From Eledone cirrhosa (lineage: Eukaryota), in NCBI GenBank assembly GCA_964016885.1, contig OZ024740.1, positions 37,386,001 to 37,450,000 on the forward strand: DNA of 64,000 bases, read 5' to 3'. Positions 53,681 through 64,000 of the stretch are shown here, piece after piece (position 1 is the first letter of the stretch; the number at the start of each line of letters is the position of its first letter). The position numbers and the translations under genes are program-made. The notes beneath the pieces are model-generated. The model made no database searches. It was given only the letters and a program-made list of their open reading frames with translations, and was not told where the DNA came from.

Positions 53681-54282
53681 TATCATCCTTTCTTATTTGT
53701 AATATTCTTTTATTAAATACCTAAAATATTGAGAAATATATTTGTTGTTGAGTATTAATTTTCTGTACTTAAGACTTCTGTCTGAAAATTATTGCTTACA
53801 ATGATACAATAACAGCTGGTACAGTAACCGTAGCAACTAAAGAGTTGAAGAAGTAATACTCTAATACCCATTAAGTTTAATTATAAAGCTAATGAAAAAG
53901 GTTTCATGCTTGAAATCAATAACAAGTAGATATTTCTAACAAAATTTCTCTTTCAACAAGGAAAACGTTTATAACCGAAATATTTATAAATATTTGAAGC
54001 CAATATTATATAACAAAATATTTGTGTAGTAGAAAGTGAACAGATTTTCTTATATATCAAATTTCAATAGCTATGGATTTTTAATCTACTTTTAAATCCA
54101 ACTTTATGGTATATTATGGTGGAAAGTGTATTGTCTGACAGAATCAATAAAGTTGATTGAATATGAATTTGTGATGCAATTTTAATAATATGCTTCTTTA
54201 TATATCATAATCATCATCATCATCGTTTAACGTCCATCTTCCACGCTTGCATGGGTTTGGACGGTGGCATATATATATATAT

Positions 54283-55360
54283 AATTCTGTGGACCGTCAC
54301 TGCTTGATGAAGATCTTACAGGCTTATGGAATCCCCAAGAAGATAGTGGACCTGATATCACTGCTCTACATCAACACCAAAGCCCAAGTCATTACACCTG
54401 ATGGGATGACAGAGTTCTTTGAGATACTGGCTGGAGTGCTCCAGGGAGATATATTGGCTCCCTACCTTTTTATTATCGTAGTGGACTATTGTATGCACCT
54501 TGCACTGGAGAAACACCAGGACTCTGGCTTTACTGTAGCACTGGCTCAGAGCAGGAGAGTTAAGGCGAAAAAGGTATCGGATGCTGAATTTGCCGATGAC
54601 ATAGTTTTGGTGACAAATACAGTGAAGGAGGCAGAGGATTTGATGCAGGAGGTTGAGACTGTATCGATCAGTGTGGGGCTGAGAATGAATGAGACTAAAA
54701 CAAAATATCTGGTAGAGAATGTTGAGAAGCCAGAGGGGATCACTAATGTAGGTGGGAAGCCGCTAGAATTGTATTTGGGAGCAAAGATTGGGAATATGGA
54801 AGATGATGTGGTTGAGAGGAAGAGCAAAGCCTGGGCGGCGTGCCACAGCTTGAGATCTGTGTGGAAGTCGGACCTTCGTAAAGACCTGAAAATCCGCCTC
54901 TTCATTGCTGTAGTGGAGTCTGTGCTGCTGTACGGGTCTGAGACTTGGACACTGACCAAGAAACTCACTCAGGTGGTGGATGGGTGCTACACGAGAATGC
55001 TGAGGATGACTCTGAACATTAATCAGTATACACTGAGGATGAAAAACTCAGAGCTGTATGGGAGCCTTCCAAAAGTCAGCCCAAAAGTGACACAGATGAG
55101 ACTGAGGTTAGCTGGACATGCTCATCGACATCCAGAGTTGACATTGCACTCAGTGCTCCTGTGGGAGCCCCTATATGGACACACTGGAAGAGGAAGACCA
55201 AGGTTAATGTATGTTGATGCCCTAAGGACAGACACTGGTCTGTTGGAGACGCAGCACATGGCAGCGATAATGAGAGACAGAGACCGCTGGAGAGAACTCG
55301 TCCATGGATCTCGGGAATGCAAGCGTGGAACATGGACGTTAAACGATGATGATGATGATA
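54283..55360 (+). mobile_element. 5'-truncated RTE-group LINE with an uninterrupted ~355-aa RT/C-terminal frame
   Basis: GVLQGDILAPYLFIIVVD, EFADDIVL, LLYGSETWTL, RLRLAGH and GRGRPRL; ends in a (GAT)n tail. Confidence 0.92.
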
Positions 55361-55550
55361 TCATCATTTAATGTGTGTGTGGACCAATACGTCTCCATAG
55401 ATACATGTCTCTTCATTCAATATATTTAACATTCTTTACTTACACACTCCCTGCAACTATTAATGATTACTTCTACAGACATGTTATGTTTTATAAAATA
55501 TAACACTTAATTCTACACAAGTGTTATGTTATGTTACATAATAGTTTATT

Positions 55551-58500
55551 AAGCTATAGTATATGTGTAATAAATAGTTGGTAAGCTATAGTATATGTGT
55601 AATAAATAGTTGGTAAGCTATAGTATATGTGTAATAAATAGCTGGTAAGCTATAGTATATGTGTAATAAATAGCTGGTAAGCTATAGTATATGTGTAATA
55701 AATAGCTGGTAAGCTATAGTATATGTGTAATAAATAGTTGGTAAGCTATAGTATATGTGTAATAAATAGTTGGTAAGCTATAGTATATGTGTAATAAATA
55801 GCTGGTAAGCTATAGTATATGTGTAATAAATATCTGGTAAGCTATAGTATATGTGTAATAAATAGCTGGTAAGCTATAGTATATGTGTAATAAATAGTTG
55901 GTAAGCTATAGTATATGTGTAATAAATAGTTGGTAAGCTATAGTATATGTGTAATAAATAGCTGGTAAGCTATAGTATATGTGTAATAAATATCTGGTAA
56001 GCTATAGTATATGTGTAATAAATAGTTGGTAAGCTATAGTATATGTGTAATAAATAGTTGGTAAGCTATAGTATATGTGTAATAAATAGCTGGTAAGCTA
56101 TAGTATATGTGTAATAAATATCTGGTAAGTTATAGTATATGTGTAATAAATAGCTGGTAAGCTATAGTATATGTGTAATAAATATCTGGTAAGCTATAGT
56201 ATATGTGTAATAAATAGTTGGTAAGTTATAGTATATGTGTAATAAATAGTTGGTAAGTTATAGTATATGTGTAATAAATAGTTGGTAAGTTATAGTATAT
56301 GTGTAATAAATAGCTGGTAAGCTATAGTATACGTGTAATAAATAGTTGGTAAGCTATAGTATATGTGTAATAAATAGTTGGTAAGTTATAGTATATGTGT
56401 AATAAATAGCTGGTAAGTTATAGTATATGTGTAATAAATAGTTGGTAAGCTATAGTATATGTGTAATAAATAGCTGGTAAGTTATAGTATATGTGTAATA
56501 AATAGTTGGTAAGCTATAGTATATGTGTAATAAATAGCGGGTAAGTTATAGTATATGTGTAATAAATAGTTGGTAAGATATAGTATATGTGTAGTAAATA
56601 GCTGGTAAGTTATAGTATATGTGTAATAAATAGTTGGTAAGATATAGTATATGTAATAAATAGTTTGTGTGTTATAGTATATGTGTAATAAATAGTTGGT
56701 AAGTTATAGTATACGTGCAATAAATAGTTGGTAAGCTATAGTATATGTGTAATAAATAGCTGGTAAGCTATAGTATATGTGTAATAAATATCTGGTAAGC
56801 TATAGTATATGTGTAATAAATAGTTGGTAAGCTATAGTATATGTGTAATAAATAGTTGATAAGTTATAGTATATGTGTAATAAATAGTTGGTAATCTATA
56901 GTATATGTGTAATAAATAGTTGGTAAGCTATAGTATGTGTAATAAATATTTGCTATGCTATAGTATATGTGTAATAAATAGTTGGTAAGATATAGTGTAT
57001 GTAATAAATAGTTGGTAAGCTATAGTATATGTGTAATAAATAGCTGGTAAGCTATAGTATATGTGTAATAAATAGCTGGTAAGCTATAGTATATGTGTAA
57101 TAAATAGCTGGTAAGCTATAGTATATGTGTAATAAATAGCTGGTAAGCTATAGTATATGTGTAATAAATAGCTGGTAAGCTATAGTATATGTGTAATAAA
57201 TAGATGGTAAGCTATAGTATATGTGTAATAAATAGTTGGTAAGCTATAGTATATGTAATAAATAGTTGGTGCGTTATAGTATATGTGTAATAAATAGTTG
57301 GTAAGCTATAGCATATGTAATAAATAGTTGGTAAGATATAGTATATGTGTAATAAATAGTTGGTAAGATATAGTGTATGCAATAAATAGTTAGTAAGCTA
57401 TAGTATATGTGTAATAAATAGCTAGTAAGCTATAGTATATGTGTAATAAATAGCTAGTAAGCTATAGTATATGTGTAATAAATAGCTGGTAAGCTATAGT
57501 ATATGTGTAATAAATAGTTGGTAAGCTATAGTATATGTATTAAATAGTTGGTGTGTTATAGTATGTGTGTAATAAATAGTTGGTAAGTTATAGTATATGT
57601 GTAATAAATAGTTGGTAAGTTATAGTATATGTGTAATAAATAGTTGGTAAGTTATAGTATATGTGTAATAAATAGTTGGTAAGTTATAGTATACGTGCAA
57701 TAAATAGTTGGTAAGCTATAGTATATGTGTAATAAATAGTTGGTAAGTTATAGTATATGTGTAATAAATAGTTGGTAAGCTATAGTATATGTGTAATAAA
57801 TAGCTGGTAAGTTATAGTATATGTGTAATAAATAGTTGGTAAGATATAGTATATGTGTAATAAATAGCTGGTAAGTTATAGTATATGTGTAATAAACAGT
57901 TGGTAAGATATAGTATATGTAATAAATAGTTTGTGTGTTATAGTATATGTGTAATAAATAGTTGGTAAGTTATAGTATACGTGCAATAAATAGTTGGTAA
58001 GCTATAGTATATGTGTAATAAATAGCTGGTAAGCTATAGTATATGTGTAATAAATAGCTGGTAAGCTATAGTATATGTGTAATAAATATCTGGTAAGCTA
58101 TAGTATATGTGTAATAAATAGTTGGTAAGCTATAGTATATGTGTAATAAATAGTTGATAAGTTATAGTATATGTGTAATAAATAGTTGGTAATCTATAGT
58201 ATATGTGTAATAAATAGTTGGTAAGCTATAGTATGTGTAATAAATAGTTGCTATGCTATAGTATATGTGTAATAAATAGTTGGTAAGATATAGTGTATGT
58301 AATAAATAGTTGGTAAGCTATAGTATATGTGTAATAAATAGCTGGTAAGCTATAGTATATGTGTAATAAATAGCTGGTAAGCTATAGTATATGTGTAATA
58401 AATAGATGGTAAGTTATAGTATATGTGTAATAAATAGTTGGTAAGCTATAGTATATGTAATAAATAGTTGGTGCGTTATAGTATATGTGTAATAAATAGT

Positions 58501-61500
58501 TGGTAAGCTATAGCATATGTAATAAATAGTTGGTAAGATATAGTATATGTGTAATAAATAGTTGGTAAGATATAGTGTATGCAATAAATAGTTAGTAAGC
58601 TATAGTATATGTGTAATAAATAGCTAGTAAGCTATAGTATATGTGTAATAAATAGCTGGTAAGCTATAGTATATGTGTAATAAATAGTTGGTAAGCTATA
58701 GTATATGTAATAAATAGTTGGTGCGTTATAGTATATGTGTAATAAATAGTTGGTAAGCTATAGCATATGTAATAAATAGTTGGTAAGATATAGTATATGT
58801 GTAATAAATAGTTGGTAAGATATAGTGTATGCAATAAATAGTTAGTAAGCTATAGTATATGTGTAATAAATAGCTAGTAAGCTATAGTATATGTGTAATA
58901 AATAGCTGGTAAGCTATAGTATATGTGTAATAAATAGTTGGTAAGCTATAGTATATGTATTAAATAGTTGGTGTGTTATAGTATGTGTGTAATAAATAGT
59001 TGGTAAGTTATAGTATACGTGCAATAAATAGTTGGTAAGCTATAGTATATGTGTAATAAATAGTTGGTAAGTTATAGTATATGTGTAATAAATAGTTGGT
59101 AAGCTATAGTATATGTGTAATAAATAGCTGGTAAGTTATAGTATATGTGTAATAAATAGTTGGTAAGTTATAGTATACGTGCAATAAATAGTTGGTAAGC
59201 TATAGTATATGTGTAATAAATAGTTGGTAAGTTATAGTATATGTGTAATAAATAGTTGGTAAGCTATAGTATATGTGTAATAAATAGCTGGTAAGTTATT
59301 ATAGTATATGTGTAATAAATAGTTGGTAAGATATAGTATATGTGTAATAAATAGCTGGTAAGTTATAGTATATGTGTAATAAACAGTTGGTAAGATATAG
59401 TATATGTAATAAATAGTTTGTGTGTTATAGTATATGTGTAATAAATAGTTGGTAAGTTATAGTATACGTGCAATAAATAGTTGGTAAGCTATAGTATATG
59501 TGTAATAAATAGCTGGTAAGCTATAGTATATGTGTAATAAATATCTGGTAAGCTATAGTATATGTGTAATAAATAGTTGGTAAGCTATAGTATATGTGTA
59601 ATAAATAGTTGATAAGTTATAGTATATGTGTAATAAATAGTTGGTAATCTATAGTATATGTGTAATAAATAGTTGGTAAGCTATAGTATGTGTAATAAAT
59701 AGTTGCTATGCTATAGTATATGTGTAATAAATAGTTGGTAAGATATAGTGTATGTAATAAATAGTTGGTAAGCTATAGTATATGTGTAATAAATAGCTGG
59801 TAAGCTATAGTATATGTGTAATAAATAGCTGGTAAGCTATAGTATATGTGTAATAAATAGATGGTAAGTTATAGTATATGTGTAATAAATAGTTGGTAAG
59901 CTATAGTATATGTAATAAATAGTTGGTCCGTTATAGTATATGTGTAATAAATAGTTGGTAAGCTATAGCATATGTAATAAATAGTTGGTAAGATATAGTA
60001 TATGTGTAATAAATAGTTGGTAAGATATAGTGTATGCAATAAATAGTTAGTAAGCTATAGTATATGTGTAATAAATAGCTAGTAAGCTATAGTATATGTG
60101 TAATAAATAGCTGGTAAGCTATAGTATATGTGTAATAAATAGTTGGTAAGCTATAGTATATGTATTAAACAGTTGGTGTGTTATAGTATGTGTGTAATAA
60201 ATAGTTGGTAAGATAGAGTGTATGTGTAATAAATAGTTGGTATGTTATAGTATATGTGTAATAAATAGTTGGTATGTTATAGTATATCTGTAATAAATAG
60301 TTTGTATGTTATAGTATATATGTAATAAATAGTTGGTATGCTATAGTATATATGTAATAAATAGTTGGTATGCTATAGTGTGTGTGTACTAGATAGTTGC
60401 TATGCTATAGTGTGTATGTACTAAATTGTTGGTATGCTATAGTGTGTACTAAATAGTTGGTGTGCTATAGTGTGTATGTACTAAATAGTTGGTATGCTAT
60501 AGTGTGTATGTACTAAATAGTTGCTATGCTATAGTGTGTGTGTACTAAATAGTTGGTATGCTATAGTGTGTGTGTACTAAATAGTTGCTATGCTATAGTG
60601 TGTATGTACAAAATAGTTGGTATGCTATAGTGTGTATGTACGAAATAGTTGCTATGCTATAGTGTGTACTAAATAGTTGGTGTGCTATAGTGTGTATGTA
60701 CTAAATAGTTGCTATGCTATAGTGTGTATGTACTAAATAGTTGCTATGCTATAGCGTGTACTAAATAGTTGGTGTGCTATAGTATGTATGTACTAAATAG
60801 TTGCTATGCTATAGTGTGTATGTACTAAATAGTTGCTATGCTATAGTGTGTGTGTACTATATAGTTGGTATGCTATAGTGTGTACTAAATAGTTGGTGTG
60901 CTATAGTTGGTATGCTATAGTGTGTATGTACTAAATAGTTGCTATGCTATAGTGTGTGTTTACTAAATAGTTGGTATGCTATAGTGTGTGTGTACTAAAT
61001 AGTTGCTATGCTATAGTGTGTATGTACAAAATAGTTGGTATGCTATAGTGTGTATGTACAAAATAGTTGGTATGCTATAGTGTGTTCTAAATAGTTGCTA
61101 TGCTATAGTGTGTATGTACTAAATAGTTGCTATGCTATAGTGTGTACTAAATAGTTGGTGTGCTATATTGTGTATGTACTAAATAGTTGGTATGCTATAG
61201 TGCGTATGTACTAAATAGTTGCTATGCTATAGTGTGTATGTACAAAATAGTTGGTATGCTATAGTGTGTATGTACAAAATAGTTGCTATGCTATAGTGTG
61301 TATGTACAAAATAGTTGGTATGCTATAGTGTGTTCTAAATAGTTGCTATGCTATAGTGTGTATGTACTAAATAGTTGCTATGCTATAGTGTGTACTAAAT
61401 AGTTGGTGTGCTATATTGTGTATGTACTAAATAGTTGGTATGCTATAGTGCGTATGTACTAAATAGTTGCTATGCTATAGTGTGTATGTACTAAATAGTT

Positions 61501-61600
61501 GCTATGCTATAGCGTGTACTAAATAATTGGTATGCTATAGTGTGTATGTACTAAATAGTTGCTATGCTATAGTGTGTGTACTAAATAGTTGGTAAGTTAT
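55551..61600. repeat. 32-bp minisatellite array, about 190 copies, with two sequence domains
   Basis: Unit gctatagtatatgtgtaataaatagttggtaa; beyond about 60240 it becomes gctatagtgtgtatgtactaaatagttg(g/c)tat. Confidence 0.97.
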
Positions 61601-61736
61601 ACAACGTAGCAGATAGACAGTATGCTATAGTATATATATATATACAAAATAGGGGACACGCTACTAAACAGATAATTGGTAACCATAGTATATATGTATC
61701 TAATATATGGTAAGCAGTAGTGTGTATATATATATA

Positions 61737-62710
61737 TCTTCTATATATATAAAACTGAGGATCTCTGTCTGTGTGAGTTTGAATCTCTAAAACTCGAGAA
61801 GCACCCAACCGACTGTTTTCAAAATTTACACATGCAATACTTATGTTTCAGGGAGTATTCTGAGCAAAAGAAAATTCAAATTTCCATTGCCCTAGGGACT
61901 GCATTAGGCGATTTAGCGATCTCTCTCTATAATTCTTAGTCTTTCTCTTTTTAGATAGATACATATAACGTCGCGCCTTTATAATATCTGTCTGTATGTC
62001 TGGCTGTCTGCATTACGTCACTTCCCACAATTCCCTCTGCGTCCAGAACGCACCCTTATAATATCTGTCTGCAGTACGTCACTTCCCTGAGGATGTGTGT
62101 GTGTGTGTGTCTGTGAGTTTGAAGCCCTAAAACTCGAGAAGTACCCAACCGATTTTTTTCAAACTTTACATGTGTATTACTTATGTTTCAGGCAGTGTTA
62201 TGCACATAAAATTCAACTTTGTGATTCCCTAGGGCCCGCATTAAGTGAAAAACTGTGTTTTTTCAGCTTTTTATGGGTTTTTTTAGGCGTTACGTCAGAT
62301 CGATTTCCTTGAAATTGTAACTATGTATTAGTCAGTCTCTTCTTCATATCGTGAGCAAAGAAAACCCAGCTTTTTTATGGCCTAGGGCCCGCATTAGGTG
62401 AAAAACTTCATTTTTTTCAGCTTTTTAGGGCTCTTTTGAGGCGTTACATCTAGCCGATTTTCCAGAAATTTCAAGGCATATTATGCACATTAAAAAAATT
62501 CATTTTCTTGATCTCCTAGGGCCCACATTAGGTGAAAACCTGCATTTTTCCTGCTTCATTGAGGAAAATCTTAAAGATTATCCAGCCATCAGAGTATTCG
62601 GTTTATTTTCTTTACATATTGTCCAGGCATGCAGTTTTTCCACGATTAGGTCTGTTGGCGGCCCGCGTTCCAAATACCTTATCCCGTGCAACGCCAGGTA
62701 CCACTGCTTG
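61737..62710 (+). mobile_element. Non-autonomous Helitron (same family as 7120-8055)
   Basis: A|TCTTCTATATATATAAAACTGAGG 5' end; 3' cccgtgcaacgccagg...CTTG|T (CTAG mutated); extensive homology with the 7120 copy. Confidence 0.85.
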
Positions 62711-62810
62711 TATATATATAGAAGTAGTAACAACAGTTAGTTCACCATACCGAGAACAATTGTTTCACCTTATGTGGATCTTCAGCTCAGACTCTCTCTC
62801 TCTCGCCTAT

Positions 62811-63250
62811 GGAGGCACATGGCTTAGTGGTTAGAGCATTGGGCTTGCAATCGAAAGGTTGTGAGTTCAATTCTCGGACCGGGTGATGTGTTGTTTCCTT
62901 GAGCAAGACACTTTATTTCACATTGCTCCAGTTTACTCAGCTGTAGAAATGAGATGATAGGACTGGGGTCCCTATCATTCCACTGCAAAGTGGTCGTGGA
63001 GGTGTCACGGCAAAAAAGCACCCAGCCCACACTGTAAAGTGGACGTGTAAGCGCCACAGAATAAAAGCACCCAGCACTCACTGTAAATGAGGTTGGTGTT
63101 AGGAAGGGCATCCAGCTATAGAAATCAAGCCAGAATCAGTTCCTGTATGAGCAAGATAAGGTCAGCCGACCGGACACTGTCCACAACAGGACAACCCGTC
63201 TAACCCATGCTAGCGTGGAAGAACGGACATAAAACAGTGATGATGATGAT
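62811..63250 (+). mobile_element. tRNA-derived SINE: tRNA head, CORE-like domain and RTE-type tail
   Basis: Close match to 29282-29618, with extra internal segments. Confidence 0.9.
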
Positions 63251-64000
63251 ATATTTATATATGTACAAAATAGTTAGTAAGGTATATTATATATGTAACG
63301 AAAATACAAAATAGATGGTAAGCTATAGTATATATTTACATAGTAGATGACACGCTATAGTATATATTTACATAGTAGATGACACACTATAGTATATATA
63401 TATGTACCAAAAGTAGAAACAATTATTATGTTTATTGATAAACCAATGTTATGTTACAAAAGGAGATAAAACAAGCAGTCCATTTCTAGCAGAAATGATT
63501 ATAAATTAGGAGTTTATTATTTAAATTTATTTATAATCAATGAATTATAAACAGTAGGTGTCTCCCTGGATTTATGTAAATTATTTCTGATGAGGAATAA
63601 AAAGAAAGAGGAAACTAATTATGCTCCTCCCCACCACAGGAACTCTGCAGGTATTTTGAAAGAAAAACAATTGAATGGATTATAGAGATTTCTCTTTATT
63701 GGCTATTATATTACACAGTTGAATGACAGTGATATTTCAGCTGTTTATTTGTAATGTTTATATATTTAAATATTTATTCTTTTGGTAATGATCATTATTT
63801 CTTACTGGTCTAATAAGTTTGTAACCCTTACACTTTTGAAATAGCTTCATTTTCTATTTCATTAACTTTATAATTACAGGAGAAATTAAAATTTTAATTG
63901 GTTTGAAATGAAATGTACAGTTAACAGTTGTGTAGGTTTAGCTGACCTCTTATAAGGTTACATCTCATAGGCAATTTCTTGAGTGTTTTAATGGTAGGGG

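Noticed and set aside
23590-61600. CRISPR-like appearance of the regular 30-42-bp repeats
   Set aside because: There are no unique spacers and no cas genes, and the context is eukaryotic. These are head-to-tail minisatellites.
63587-63620. CTGATGA...GAAAC as a hammerhead
   Set aside because: The intervening purine run cannot form stem II, and there is no convincing stem I.

Overview
This is AT-rich, repeat-dominated eukaryotic DNA with no recognisable host gene. The SINE types, RTE tails ending in (GAT)n and dense (TA)n tracts suggest a cephalopod (Octopus-like) genome; that is an inference. The window contains three large minisatellite arrays (42 bp, about 3.2 kb; 30 bp, about 7.2 kb; 32 bp, about 6 kb). 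It also contains a near-complete but broken CR1-type LINE ORF2, several RTE-clade LINE fragments, CRE-like RLE fragments, tRNA-derived SINEs (CORE-like and Meta-domain-like), five non-autonomous Helitron-like elements and two piggyBac-like MITEs. Most ORFs in the track are artefacts of micro- or minisatellites. The most striking unexplained structure is a set of more than 15 short (about 50-400 bp) inserts in (TA)n tracts, from many sequence families. Many are fold-back palindromes followed by a unique tail, and several carry minimal type-I hammerhead ribozyme cores (CUGANGA...GAAA, palindromic stem III, UH). This best fits pLTR remnants or non-autonomous derivatives of microsatellite-targeting Penelope-like elements. 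All coordinates were read by eye and may be off by a few bases.
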